Positions 25,555-40,200 of a DNA stretch of 64,000 bases are shown here, piece after piece (position 1 is the first letter of the stretch; each line of letters begins with the position of its first letter). The notes under the pieces were generated by a model. It was not told the origin of the DNA, searched no databases, and saw nothing but the letters and a program-made list of their open reading frames with translations. The DNA comes from Eledone cirrhosa (Eukaryota). The stretch covers positions 12,152,001 to 12,216,000 of the forward strand of contig OZ024741.1 in NCBI GenBank assembly GCA_964016885.1, read 5' to 3'. The translations under genes and the position numbers were made by a program.

Positions 25555-27410
25555 GTAGTGGTGGTTGTGGTGGTGGTGGTAGTGGGGTCTCTTGTAGTGG
25601 TAATGGTAGTTGTGGGGATGGTTGTGGGTGAGTGTGATTGTGGGGGGCGGGGGGTCTCTTGTAGTGGTGATGGTAGTTGTGGGGATGGTTGTGGGTGAGT
25701 GTGATTGTGGTGGTGGTAGTGGGGTCTCTTGTAGTGGTTATGGTAGTTGTGGGATGGTTGTGGGTGAGTGTGATTGTGGTGGTGATGGTGGGGGTAGTGG
25801 GGTCTCTTGTAGTGGTAATGGTTGTTGTGGGGATGGTTGTGGGTGAGTGTGATTGTGGTGGTGGTGGTAGTGGGGTCTCTTGTAGTGGTTATGGTAGTTG
25901 TGGGATGGTTGTGGGTGAGTGTGATTGTGGTGGTGATGGTGGGGGTAGTGGGGTCTCTTGTAGTGCTGATGGTAGTTGTGTGGATGGTTGTGGGTGAGTG
26001 TGATTGTGGTGGTGGTGGTGGTGGGGTCTCTTGTAGTGGTTATGGTAGTTGTGGGATGGTTGTGGGTGAGTGTGATTGTGGTGGTGATGTGGGGGTAGTG
26101 GGGTCTCTTGTAGTGCTGATGGTAGTTGTGGGATGGTTGTGGGTGAGTGTGATTGTGGTGGTGGTGATGGAGGTAGAGAGGTCTCTTGTAGTGGTTATGG
26201 TAGTTGTGTGGATGGTTGTGGGTGAGTGTGATTGTGGTGGTGGTGGTGTTGGTGGTAGTAGTGGGGTCTCTTGTAGTGGTGATGTTAGTTGTGGGGATGG
26301 TTGTGTGTGAGTGTGATTGTGGTGGTGGTGGTGGTAGTGGGGTCTCTTGTAGTGGTGATGTTAGTTGTGGGGATGGTTGTGGGTGAGTGTTATTGTGGTG
26401 GTGGTGGTGGTGGTGGTAGTGGTAGTGGGGTCTCTTGTAGTGGTGATGGTAGTTGTGGGGATGCTTGTGGGTGAGTGTGATTGTGGTGGTGGTGGTGGTG
26501 GTGGTGGTGGTAGTGGGGTCTCTCGTAGTGGTGATGGTAGTTGTGGGGATGGTTGTGGGTGAGTGTGATTGTGGTGGTGGTGGTGGTAGTGGAGTCTCTT
26601 GTAGTGGTGATGTTAGTTGTGGGGATGGTTGTGGGTGAGTGTGATTGTGGTGGTGATGGTGGTGGAGGTAGTGGGGTCTCTTGTATTGGTGATGGTAGTT
26701 GTGGGGATGGTTGTGGGTGAGTGTGATTGTGGTGGTGGTGGTGGTGGTGGTAGTGGGGTCTCTCGTAGTGGTTATGGTAGTTGTGGGGATGGTTGTGGGT
26801 GAGTGTGATTGTGGTGGTGATGGTGGTAGTGGGGTCTCTTGTAGTGCTGATGGTAGTTGTGGGATGGTTGTGGGTGAGTGTGATTGTGGTGGTGGTGGTG
26901 GTAGTTGGGTCTCTTGTAGTGGTGATGGTAGTTGTGGGGATGGTTGTGAGTGAGTGTGATTATGGTGGTGATGGTGGTGGTGGTAGTAGTGGGGTCTCTT
27001 GTAGTGGTGATGGTAGTTGTGGGGATGGTTGTGGGTGAGTGTGATTGTGGTGGTGATGGTGGTGGGGGTACTAGTGGGGTCTCTTGTAGTGGTGATGGTA
27101 GTTGTGGGGATGGTTGTGGGTGATTGTGATTGTGGTGGTGATGGTGGTGGTGGTGGTGGTGGTGGGGTCTCTTGTAGTGGTTATGGTAGTTGTGGGGATG
27201 GTTGTGGGTGAGTGTGATTGTGGTGGTGGTGGTGGTGAGGTTACTAGTGGGGTCTCTTGTAGTGGTGATGGAAGTTGTGGGGATGGTTGTGGGTGAGTGT
27301 GATTGTGGTGGTGGTGGTGAGTGTAGTGAGGTCTCTTGTAGTGGTTATGATAGTTGTGGGGATGGTTGTGGGTGAGTGTGATTGTGGTGGTGATGGTGGT
27401 GGTGGGGAAA
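25555..27410. repeat. G/T-rich minisatellite, ~70-90-bp unit with variable (GGT)n, about 23 copies
   Basis: Core GGGGTCTCTTGTAGTGGTGATGGTAGTTGTGGGGATGGTTGTGGGTGAGTGTGATTGT. Confidence 0.96.
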
Positions 27411-27524
27411 TGGTGCTGTTATTCATAGAATTATTGTTGTTAGCGATGGTGTTGCTGTGTTCATGATGATGATATTGGTGCTGTGGTTGTTTTTGGTGAT
27501 GGTGATTATTATTATTGGCAGTGA

Positions 27525-27720
27525 GGGCGGTGAATTGGCAGTATCGGTAGAGGGTCGGACGCCATGCTTTACAGCATAGAGTTATGGCCCTTTGCGCTCT
27601 GAATTCAAATGCTGCCGAGGTTAACTTTGCCTTTCATCCTTACGAGGTCGATAAAATAAAGTACCAGTAATACACTGATTAATTGCTGGCCTTGTGCCGA
27701 AAGTAGAAACAGTTATTATT
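27525..27720 (+). mobile_element. Octopus-type tRNA-derived SINE (Nin/Deu-like central domain)
   Basis: GGCGGTGAATTGGCAGTATCGGTAG head, GAATTCAAAT B-box-like motif, GCCGAGGTTAACTTTGCCTTTCATCCT..GGTCGATAAAATAAAGTACCAG, and an (ATT) tail. Confidence 0.85.
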
Positions 27721-28123
27721 ACCCATCGGCTTTAAGTGGAACAGACGTTGTAATTGACAGCCATTAGAAGACATGTTTTTTCTGTGTATTAGATATCGAT
27801 CAGCTAATCAAAGACACAATCTATCAATTTGTCAGTTAATTATTTAACCACTAAATCAATTATTTAATGAGTGAATTTATCGGATAATGAGAATCTAATC
27901 AATTAGCGAGAATAAACGAAACCGATATATCAATGAGAAATCAATAAACTTACAAATTGTGTGTATATATACGTGTGTGTGTGTGTGTGTTTCTATATGT
28001 GTGTGTACATGTGTATGTATGTGTACAGGCGAAACGTTGAGTGTGTGTGTGGTATTTTCAAGTGTATGTTTAGCAATAGATATGTGATGGGTATAGCTGT
28101 GTAAATTGAGTATGTATCACACA

Positions 28124-28157
<34 letters not shown>

Positions 28158-28163
28158 GCATAT

Positions 28164-28272
<109 letters not shown>

Positions 28273-28394
28273 TTAAAAAGTGAAGGTGGACATGCACAGA
28301 AGTATATTTAAAGATCTTTTTTTGCTTTAATCCAACAGACGAAGTAATTTCATAATTGTAGCGTTAAATATAACTGGTTTTGATTGGCATAACA

Positions 28395-29140
28395 AATATT
28401 ACTTTGATAACTTTGATAGGTTTCGACCAGTATTGGCCCAATCCATGTCTCACTAATAGCACCACTTGGTGGAGTCTTTCAAATCAGGATTTGGACACCA
28501 TGGCCCACTCAAGTAGAGAGTTATTGTTTACGGCGACATATCCGAGTTTAGGAGTTTTATCAGGGATTTCTTTAAGGAATCTGTCCAAAGTCTTCTTGAA
28601 CTTGATGGGGTCTGTTTCTGTTTTTAATGTATTTTGGTGTAATGTTAAAGAGAGGGGGCCAATTGAAGTAAAATAATTGTGCCGTATTGTTGTTATGGGA
28701 TACTAGTGAGATTTTTGTCGTGGACGGATAGCACGGGGCCCAATCCTTGGGTGTACATTAAAGGTGATGTCGACATCATTTGGGCAATATTAACGGAATA
28801 TTTTCCACATCATGTAGATAATGTAGCGCTCACGGCGACGTTGGAGAGAATAAAGTTTGAGCTTTTCTAATCGACTCCAATAGTCAAGGCCTGTCATGCC
28901 ATCTATCTTTTTTGTGATTGACCTTTGGGGTGCTTCAATCTTCATAATACTTTTTTTCTTGTGGGGAGACCATAGTGGACAACAGTATTCAAGGTGAAAT
29001 CCGGCAAAAGTAGAGAAGAGAAGGATAATGGTGTGGATATCTCTCGACTGGAAAGTTCTGAGAATCCAAGAACACATTCTGAGGGCCATGTCAACTTTGC
29101 TGTTTCTATGAGTGGCCCAGCTTTTGTTGTTTATCGACAA
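28395..29140 (-). mobile_element. 5'-truncated CR1/L2-group LINE 3' end
   Basis: Translates as RMCSWILRTFQSRD...HLEYCCPLWSP...QRSITKKIDGMTGLDYWSRLEKLKLYSLQRRRERY, continuing to GPSLFN...FKKTLDRFLKEIPD. Ends in a short ATCAAAGT-type tail. Confidence 0.9.
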
Positions 29141-29289
29141 TTATGTGGAATGTTAACGGAGTCACCACAAGACTATTTACTATGTTACTCGACGTCGAGT
29201 TCTCTCGTTAGTTTGTAGCATACCTTCTTCACTGAATAAGTAAAACCGAATGACTTATACATATATTAATGTTTCTGTGTATGTATTTG

Positions 29290-29387
<98 letters not shown>

Positions 29388-29438
29388 TGTGTGTGTGTGT
29401 GTGTGCATTTATATATGTATGTATGTATGTATATATAC

Positions 29439-29471
<33 letters not shown>

Positions 29472-30174
29472 TATATATAGATGAGAGAGACAAAGAAAGA
29501 AACTGATGTATATATATATGTGTGTGTGTATATATGTGCGTGTCTATGTATATATACACACATGCACAAACACACACACATACAAACGTGCATATATATA
29601 TTCATACCGATATACGTGTGATGAGGCGGCATATTTACGTATTTGCATAATTAACTATTCAATAAAATACATTACATATGTTGTGTAAAAGGGGACGAAC
29701 CCCTGTCTTTTCTTTCAATATCTACAACTCTGGAACATTTACGGCTTCTTCCCCTAACAAAAAAACAAACACCCACATAAAAACGAAATACAATTAAGAA
29801 GAAACCAAAAAATAAGAAACAAGGTAATTCATAGGAAAAGGATATCAACTGTATGAAAATATATGTACATATCAAATAGGAAAGTGATAGTGGTAGTAAT
29901 AGTGAAAGTAGAAAGCTGAATAGTTCTTTGATATCATATCTGGCTGAATCACCATATTTCACCTTCCTTCTTTCTTCTTCTTCTTCTTCTTCTTCTTTTT
30001 CTTTTTCTTATTATGTTTCTTCTTCTTCTTCTTCTTCTTCTTCTTCTTCTTCTTCTTCTTCTTCTTCTTCTTCTTCTTCACCATTTATTCCTTCCTTTCG
30101 TTCACAACATAATACCAGACAAGTGTTTCCTTTCGACGTTACATTCTTCCATTATTTTCAGGCTCTTTTATTAC

Positions 30175-30830
30175 TGTATACACTTTGTATATTTATATAC
30201 TTTATATATTTATATACTTTATATATTTATATACTTTATATATTTATATAGTTTATATATTTATATAGTTTGTATATTTATATACTTTGTATATTTATAT
30301 ACTTTATATATTTATATACTTTATATATTTATATAGTTTATATATTTATATACTTTGTATATTTATATACTTTGTATATTTATATACTTTATATATTTAT
30401 ATACTTTATATATTTATATAGTTTATATATTTATATACTTTATATATTTATATACTTTGTATATTTATATACTTTATATATTTATATACTTTGTATATTT
30501 ATATACTTTGTATATTTATATACTTTGTATATTTATATACTCTATATATACTTTGTATATTTATATACTTTGTATATTTATATACTTTATATATTTATAT
30601 ACTTTGTATATTTATATACTTTGTATATTTATATACTTTGTTTATTTATATACTGTATATATTTACATACTTTGTATATTTATATACTTTATATATTTAT
30701 ATCTTTATATATTTATATACTTTGTATATTTATATACTTTATATATTTATATACTTTGTAAATTTATATATTTATATACTTTATATACTTTATATATTTT
30801 ATATTTTATATATTTATATATTTATATATT
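30175..30830. repeat. AT-rich 18-bp minisatellite (TTTRTATATTTATATACT)
   Basis: Seen directly. Confidence 0.95.
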
Positions 30831-30974
30831 TTATATTTATTTTACTTATTATTATTTTTCTTTCTTTTTGGGGGCATTTTTGTTGCCAGTTTGTTTGTTT
30901 TTTTCCTTTGTCTTTTTTTATTTTTTGGTACGAAACCTAAAGAGGATTTGCACATTTTTTATATTTTCCTGTGT

Positions 30975-31037
<63 letters not shown>

Positions 31038-31133
31038 AATGTCTCTCATTTGCTGTTGCTTTTGGCATGCATCTCCTTCGTTCGTACATCGTCCATTCGT
31101 TATTTTCTATTTGTTGTTGTTGTTAGTGTTGCT

Positions 31134-31164
<31 letters not shown>

Positions 31165-31570
31165 TTGTTGCGGTAGAACGCGATTTTTTTCTTCTTTGAT
31201 TTTATATATTTACTTTTTATTCGTTCTTATTTGTTAATTCATTCCAGGTTTTATCTACGGAAAGCGGTGGTTCGTGTGGTAGGTGCGGACCCAACATAGA
31301 AATAGTATTTATTGTGCTGTCACTTTTGGACTAAGGTAAAGCAAGCATGAAGAACGAGAAAAGGGACCTGTTCCTACTCACCCCGCTACACCACACCACA
31401 GACCACATCACCCCGGGGGAGTTAAAACAGGGGAAAAAAAACACACACAAAAAAGAGAAATATCAATAAATTCTAAATACAAAAATAAAACAATGATAAT
31501 AAATAGTTCCTGTGGTGCATGTATATATCTAAAGTATATAAATACCTATGTATGAATATACATACATTCT

Positions 31571-31607
<37 letters not shown>

Positions 31608-31662
31608 GCACACGCGCGCGCGCGCACATAAACACATACACACATATATATATATATATATT

Positions 31663-31755
<93 letters not shown>

Positions 31756-31870
31756 TTATGTTTATATAAATGTATGTACGTATGTAGGTAGGTATGTATG
31801 TATGCATGCATCGATGTATATATGTATGTATGAATATATGTATGTATTCATGTATGTATGTATATATGTA

Positions 31871-31925
<55 letters not shown>

Positions 31926-32270
31926 GTCTTATGTATGGTTATGTGTATGTGTGTGTGCCTGTGTGTGTTGTGATAAAGGTGAGAGATGGACAGAATATTC
32001 ACTGGAGAATCACGGAGACAGAGATAGAGAGAAAGAGAAAGAAACAGATTAAAGAGTGAGAGGCAGAGAGTGAGGGAGAGCTCCTGGCAAAGAGTGAGGA
32101 GAGAGAGAGATTAAAGAGAGTGAGGGAGAGAGTTCCTGGCAGATAGACAGAGAACTGTAACATAGTGTTAGAATAACATTTTATCATACAAGTGACATTC
32201 TGACAAATGAATCGTGTTCAATCTATGGCTGGATCGCTGGAATCGCTTAGAAGAGGAGAGTCAGAAAAAG

Positions 32271-32383
<113 letters not shown>

Positions 32384-32556
32384 ATGTATGTGTCTCTCTC
32401 TATATATATAGAGAGAATAGAATGAAACGAAATTTCATTTCTCACTCTTAATACGGCACTTACTTAAATGTAAGTATGTATGTATACGTACATACATATA
32501 TGTATACAGACGTACAGTAGTATGTATATATATACATACATGCACACATATATATA

Positions 32557-32897
32557 TGCACGTATCGGTTTAGCGAACATTTATTAAAATGCTCGGTTTG
32601 TTTGTTTGTAAACAAACAGCCCGAATTACGCCGTACAGTGTTTAGGCATAAGGAAAGTATATACTTTCAGACGTTCAACCATCTGGCAGGAAGGTATACG
32701 ATGCTGAAGATAGCTAATAAGTTTGAAACTAGTACATCGTTCCTGTGTCAGTGTTGAACAAAAAGGTGACGTGATTGCCTAAACACTGTACGGCGTAATT
32801 CGGGCTGTTTGTTTGTTTACATTTATTATATAGCTCGGTTTGTTTGTTTACAAACAAACAAACCGAGCTATATAATAAATGTTCGGTAAACCGATAC

Positions 32898-32902
<5 letters not shown>
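32557..32902. mobile_element. MITE-like element with ~90-bp terminal inverted repeats
   Basis: TGCACGTATCGGTTTA...CCCGAATTACGCCGTACAGTGTTTAGGCA and TGCCTAAACACTGTACGGCGTAATTCGGG...TAAACCGATACGTGCA. TA on both flanks, no ORF. Confidence 0.8.
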
Positions 32903-32972
<70 letters not shown>

Positions 32973-32983
32973 GAGAGAGGGGT

Positions 32984-33040
<57 letters not shown>

Positions 33041-33069
33041 GTAAGAAGGAAATTGAAGATAAACTATCA

Positions 33070-34060
33070 GCTTGGAAAAGAAGTGCAATGTTGAAAAAAA
33101 CCAAGACTAACAGGAAGGGGAGAAAGGGTGAAGAATAGAAGAGAAGGACAGAGAGAAGAAGAGAAAAGAAGAGAGAAGACGAGTAAAGGGAGTAGAGTAA
33201 GAAAGAGGAGAAAGAGAGGAGAAGAAGAGTGAGAAATGGAGAAGAGAAAGTGAGAGGGGAGAAAGAGAGAGTAAGAAAGGGAAAGAAGAGAAGAGAAAGA
33301 CAGAAGAGAGAAGAGAAAAGAAGTGGGAAGACGAATAAAGAAGAAAGTAGAGTAAGAAAGAGGAGAAAGAGAGAAGAAGAAGAAGAAGAAGAAGAAGAAG
33401 AAGAAGAAGAAGAAGAAGAAGAAGAAGAAGAAGAAGAAGAAGAAGAGTAAGAGTGGAAAGAGGGAAATAGAGAGTATGAAAGGGGGATATTGAAGAGAGA
33501 GAAAGAGATAAGTAGAGAAAGGAAGGGAGGAGAAGAAGGGAGATGAGAAAGTGAGAGGAAGAAAGAGAATGGAAGAAATGGAAAGAAGAGAAGGGAAAGA
33601 CGGAGAGAAGAAAGAAGGAAGAAGAACATATAGAAAGGGAGAGGTGTAAGAATGGGTGAAAGGAAAAGGGCGAAAAAAGAGAGTGAGAATAGGAGAGAAA
33701 AAAGAGAAAGAAAGAGGGAAGAATACGAAATAACGAATGAGAGTAAAGCAAGTGTAAAAAGGTGAGGGAGAGAGAAGAGAGAGAGAGAGAGAGGGTGGGG
33801 AGGAGATTTGATTGGAAGAGAAACAAAAAGAGATAAATGAAGAGTGAGAAAGAGAGCAAGGAGAGTAAGGAAGGGAGATAAGTGAGTAAAGACGGGAGAC
33901 AGGAGAGTAAGAAAAGGAGGTAAGAGAGTTAGGATGGGAGCTATGAGAGTAAGGAATGGAGGTAACAGGGGAAGAAAGGGAAGTAAGAGAGGAAGGAGGG
34001 GAGGTAAGAGAGTAAAAAAGGGAGGTAAGAGAGGAAGGGAGGTAAGAAAGCAAGAGTGGT
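33070..34060. repeat. Polypurine low-complexity tract including (GAA)n at about 33373-33445
   Basis: Seen directly. Confidence 0.95.
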
Positions 34061-34063
34061 GGG

Positions 34064-34293
34064 ATATTCATGCCAACCCTTACCTATGGTCATGATCCTT
34101 AGGTAATGACCGAAATAATGCGATCAGGAATACAAGCGGCCGAAATGATGTTCCTCCAAAGGGTCTTTGGAGTAACATTACTCGATAGAATGTGTAGTTC
34201 GGAGATCAGAGAGTGACTCCAGGTGGAAATGCTACTTCTCCGAATTGAGAGATCACAGCTCTGATATTAAAGGTATGTGGTTAGAATGTCTCA
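34064..34293 (+). pseudogene. RTE (Expander/Rex3-like) ORF C-terminal remnant that is the seed of the satellite
   Basis: Translates as IFMPTLTYGHDP*VMTEIMRSGIQAAEMMFLQRVFGVTLLDRMCSSEIRE*LQVEMLLLRIERSQL*Y*RYVVRMSQ. Confidence 0.9.
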
Positions 34294-37200
34294 GGAGATC
34301 AGAGAGTCACTCCTGGTAGAGCTGCTACTTCTCCGAATTGAGAGATCACAGCTCTGATATTAAGGGTATGTGGTTAGAATGTCTCAGGAGATCAGAGAGT
34401 CACTCCTGGTAGAGCTGCTACTTCTCCGAATTGAGAGATTACAGTTCTGATATTAAGGGTATGAGGTTAGAATGTCTCAGGAGGTCAAAGAGTCACTCCT
34501 GGTATAACATCTACTACTCCGAAATGAGAGATTACAGCTCTGATATTAAGGGTATGAGGTTAGAATGTCTCAGGAGATCAAAGAGTCACTCCTGGTATAA
34601 CGTCTACTACTCCGAATTGAGAGATCACAGCTCTGATATTAAGGGGATGTGGTAAAAATGTCTCAGGAGATCAGAGAGTCATTCCAGTTAGAACTGCTAC
34701 TTCTCCAAATTGAGAGATCACAGCTCTGATATTAAGGGTATGAGGTTAGAATGTCTCAGGAGATCAAAGAGTCACTCCTGGTATAACGTCTACTACTCCG
34801 AATTGAGAGATCACAGCTCTGATATTAAGGGTATGTGGTTAGAATGTCTCAGGATATCAGAGAGTCACTCCAGGTAGAGCTGCTACTCCTCCGAATTGAG
34901 AGATCACAGCTATGATATTAAGGGTATGTGGTTAGAATGTCTCAGGATATCAGAGAGTCACTCCAGGTAGAGCTGCTACTCCTCCGAATTGAGAGATCAC
35001 AGCTATGATATTAAGGGTATGTGGTTAGAATGTCTCAGGAGATGAGAGAGTCACTCCAGGTAGAGCTGCTACTTCTCCGAATTGAGAGATCACAGTTCTG
35101 ATATTAAGGGTATGTGGTTAGAATGTCTCAGGAGATCTGAGAGTCATTCCAGGTAGGGCTGCTACTTCTCCGAATTGAGAGATTACAGCTCTGATATTAA
35201 GGGTATGTGGTTAGAATGTCTCAGGAGATCAGAGAGTCATTCCAGGTAGAGTTGCTACTTCTCCGAATTGAGAGATCACAGCGCTGATATTAAGGGTATG
35301 TGGTTAGAATGTCTCAGGAGATCAGAGAGTCACTCCAGGTAGAGCTGCTACTCCTCCGAATTGAGAGATCACAGCTATGATATTAAGGGTATGTGGTTAG
35401 AATGTCTCAGGATATCAGAGAGTCACTCCAGGTAGAGCTGCTACTCCTCCGAATTGAGAGATCACAGCTATGATATTAAGGGTATGTGGTTAGAATGTCT
35501 CAGGAGATCAGAGAGTCACTCCGGGTAGAGCTGCTACTTCTCCGAATTGAGAGATCACAGCTCTGATATTAAGGGTATGTGGTTAGAATGTCTCAGGAGA
35601 TCAGAGAGTCACTCCAGGTAGAGCTGCTACTTCTCCGAATTGAGAGATCACAGCTCTGATATTAAGGGTATGTGGTTAGAATGTCTCAGGAGATCAGAGA
35701 GTCACTCCAGGTAGAACTGCAACTTCTCCGAATTGAGAGATCACATCTCTGATATTAAGGGTATGTGGTTAGAATGTCTCAGGATATCAGAGAGTCACTC
35801 CAGGTAGAGCTGCTACTTCTCCGAATTGAGAGATCACAGCTCTGATATTAAGGGTATGGGGTTAGAATGTCTCAGGAGTTCAGAGAGTCATTCCAGGTTG
35901 AGCTGCTACTTCTCCGAATTGAGAGATCACAGCTCTGATATTAAGGTTATGTGGTTAGAATGTCTCAGGAGATCAGAGGGTCATTCCAGGTAGAGCTGCT
36001 ACTTCTCCGAATTGAGAGATAACAGCTCTGATATTAAGGGTATGTGGTTAGAATGTCTCAAGAGATCAGAAAATACCTCCAGGTAGAGCGGCTACTACTC
36101 CGAATTGAGAGATTACAGCTCTGATATTAAGGGTATGTGATTAGAATGTCTCAGGAGATCAGAGAGTCACTCCAGATAGAGCTGCTACTTCTCCGAATTG
36201 AGAGATCACAGCTCTGATATTAAGGGTATGGGGTTAGAATGTCTCAGAAGATCAGAGAGTCATTCCAGATAGAGCTGCTAGTTCTCCGAATTGAGAGATC
36301 ACAGCTCTGATATTAAAGGTATGTGGTTAGAATGTCTCAGGAGATCAGAGAGTCATTCCAGGTAGAGCTGCTACTTCTCCGAATTGATAGATATCAGCTC
36401 TGATATGAAGGGAATGTCGTTAGAATGTCTCAGGAGATCAGAGAGTCATTCCAGGTAAAGCTGCTACTTCTCCGAATTGAGAGATCACAGCCCTAATATT
36501 AGTGGTATGTGGTTAGAATGTCTCAGGAAATCAGAGAGTCATTCCAGGTAGAGCTGCTACTTCTCCGAATTGAGAGATCACAGCTCTGATATTAAGGGTA
36601 TGTGGTTAGAATGTCTCAGGAGATCAGAGAGACATTCCAGGTAGAGCTGCTACTTCTCCGAATTGAGAGATCACAGGTCTGATATTAAGTTTATGGGGTT
36701 AGAATGTCTCAGGAGATCAGAGAGTCACTCCAGGTAGAGCTGCTACTTCTCCGAATTGAGAGATCACAGCTCTGATATTAAGGGTATGTGGTTAGAATGT
36801 CTCAGGAGATCAGAGAGTCACTCCAGGTAGAGCTGCTACCTCTCCGAATTGAGAGATCACAGCTCTGATATTAAGGGTATGTGGTTAGAATGTCTCAGGA
36901 GATCAGAGAGTCACTCCAGGTAGAACTGCTACTTCTCCGAATTGAGAGATCACAGATCTGATATTAAGGGTATGTGGTTAGAATGTCTCAGGAGATCAGA
37001 GAGTCACTCCAGGTAGAGCCGCTACTTCTCCGAATTGAGAGTTCACAGCTCTGATATTAAGGTTATGTGGTTAGAATGTCTCAGGAGATCAGAGAGTCAT
37101 TCCAGGTAGAGTTGCTACTTCTCCGAATTGAGAGATCACAGCGCTGATATTAAGGGTATGTGGTTAGAATGTCTCAGGAGATCAGAGAGTCACTCCAGGT

Positions 37201-40200
37201 AGAGCTGCTACTCCTCCGAATTGAGAGATCACAGCTATGATATTAAGGGTATGTGGTTAGAATGTCTCAGGATATCAGAGAGTCACTCCAGGTAGAGCTG
37301 CTACTCCTCCGAATTGAGAGATCACAGCTATGATATTAAGGGTATGTGGTTAGAATGTCTCAGGAGATCAGAGAGTCACTCCGGGTAGAGCTGCTACTTC
37401 TCCGAATTGAGAGATCACAGCTCTGATATTAAGGGTATGTGGTTAGAATGTCTCAGGAGATCAGAGAGTCACTCCAGGTAGAGCTGCTACTTCTCCGAAT
37501 TGAGAGATCACAGCTCTGATATTAAGGGTATGTGGTTAGAATGTCTCAGGAGATCAGAGAGTCACTCCAGGTAGAACTGCAACTTCTCCGAATTGAGAGA
37601 TCACAGCTCTGATATTAAGGGTATGTGGTTAGAATGTCTCAGGATATCAGAGAGTCACTCCAGGTAGAGCTGCTACTTCTCCGAATTGAGAGATCACAGC
37701 TCTGATATTAAGGGTATGGGGTTAGAATGTCTCAGGAGTTCAGAGAGTCATTCCAGGTTGAGCTGCTACTTCTCCGAATTGAGAGATCACAGCTCTGATA
37801 TTAAGGTTATGTGGTTAGAATGTCTCAGGAGATCAGAGGGTCATTCCAGGTAGAGCTGCTACTTCTCCGAATTGAGAGATAACAGCTCTGATATTAAGGG
37901 TATGTGGTTAGAATGTCTCAAGAGATCAGAAAATACCTCCAGGTAGAGCGGCTACTACTCCGAATTGAGAGATTACAGCTCTGATATTAAGGGTATGTGG
38001 TTAGAATGTCTCAGGAGATCAGAGAGTCACTCCAGATAGAGCTGCTACTTCTCCGAATTGAGAGATCACAGCTCTGATATTAAGGGTATGGGGTTAGAAT
38101 GTCTCAGAAGATCAGAGAGTCATTCCAGATAGAGCTGCTAGTTCTCCGAATTGAGAGATCACAGCTCTGATATTAAAGGTATGTGGTTAGAATGTCTCAG
38201 GAGATCAGAGAGTCATTCCAGGTAGAGCTGCTACTTCTCCGAATTGATAGATCACAGCTCTGATATTAAGGGTATGTCGTTAGAATGTCTCAGGAGATCA
38301 GAGAGTCATTCCAGGTAAAGCTGCTACTTCTCCGAATTGAGAGATCACAGCCCTAATATTAGTGGTATGTGGTTAGAATGTCTCAGGAAATCAGAGAGTC
38401 ATTCCAGGTAGAGCTGCTACTTCTCCGAATTGAGAGATCACAGCTCTGATATTAAGGGTATGTGGTTAGAATGTCTCAGAAGATCAGAGAGTCATTCCAG
38501 GTAAAGCTGCTACTTTTCCGAATTGAGAGACAATAGCTCTGATATTAAGGGTATGCGGTTAGAATGTCTCAGGAGATCAGAGAGACATTCCAGGTAGAGC
38601 TGCTACTTCTCCGAATTGAGAGATCACAGGTCTGATATTAAGGTTATGGGGTTAGAATGTCTCAGGAGATCAGAGAGTCACTCCAGGTAGAGCTGCTACT
38701 TCTCCGAATTGAGAGATCACAGCTCTGATATAAAGGGTATGTGGTTAGAATGTCTCAGGAGATCAGAGAGTCACTCCAGGTAGAGCTGCTACCTCTCCGA
38801 ATTGAGAGATCACAGCTCTGATATTAAGGGTATGTGGTTAGAATGTCTCAGGAGATCAGAGAGTCACTCCAGGTAAAGCTGCTACTTCTCCGAATTGAGA
38901 GATCACAGCTCTGATATTAAGGGTATGTGGTTAGAATGTCTCAGGAGATCAGAGAGTCACTCCAGGTAGAGCTGCTACTTCTCCGAATTGAGAGATCACA
39001 GCTCTGATATTAAGGGTATGTGGTTAGAATGTCTCAGGAGATCAGAGAGTCATTCCAGGTAGAGCTGCTACTTCTCCGAATTGAGAGATCACAGCTCTGA
39101 TATTAAGGGTATGAGGTTAGAATGTCTCAGATCAGAGAGTCACTCCAGGTAGAGTGGCTACTACTCCGATTTGAGAGATTACAGTTCTGATATTTAGGGT
39201 ATGTGGTTAGAATGTCTCAGGAGATCAGAGAATCATTCCAGATAGAGCTGCTACTTCTCCGAATTGAGAGATCACAGCTCTGATATTAAGGGTATGTGGT
39301 TAGAATGTCTCAGGAGATCAGAGAGTCACTCCAGGTAGAGCTGCTACCTCTCCGAATTGAGAGATCACAGCTCTGATATTAAGGGTATGTGGTTAGAATG
39401 TCTCAGGAGATCAGAGAGTCACTCCAGGTAGAGCTGCTACTTCTCCGAATTGAGAGATCCCAGCTCTGATATTAAGGGTATGTGGATAGAATGTCTCAGG
39501 AGATCAGAGAGTCACTCCAGGTAGAGCTGCTACTTCTCCGAATTGAGAGATCCCAGCTCTGATATTAAGGGTATGTGGATAGAATGTCTCAGGAGATCAG
39601 AGTGTCATTCCAGGTAGAGCTGCTACCTCTCCGAATTGAGAGATCACAGCTCTGATATTAAGGGTATGTGGTTACAATGTGTCAGGAGATCAGAGAGTCA
39701 CTCCAGGTAGAGCTGCAACGCCTCCGAATTGAGAGATCACAGCTCTGATATTAAGGGTATGTGGTTAAAATGTCTCAGGAGATCAGAGAGTCACTCCAGG
39801 TAGAGCTGCTACTTCTCCGAATTGAGAGATCACAGCTCTGATATTAAGGGTATGAGGTTAGAATGTCTCAGGAGATCAGAGAGTCACTCCAGGTAGAGCT
39901 GCTACTTCTCCGAATTGAGAGATCACAGCTCTGATATTAAGGGTATGTGGTTAGAATGTCTCAGGAGATCAGAGTGTCAATCCAGGTAGAGCTGCTACTT
40001 CTCCGAATTGAGAGATCACAGCTCTGATATTAAAGGTATGAGGTAATAATGTCTCAGGAGATCAGAGAGTCACTCCAGGTAGAGCGGTTACTACTCCAAT
40101 TTGAGAGATTACAGTCCTGATATTAAGGGTATGTGGTTAGAATGTCTCAGGAGATCAGAGAATCATTCCAGATAGAGCTGCTACTTCTCCGAATTGAGAG

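Noticed and set aside
25610-27466. Gly/Cys-rich or Val-rich repeat protein
   Set aside because: Unit lengths shift frame constantly, as expected for a non-coding minisatellite.
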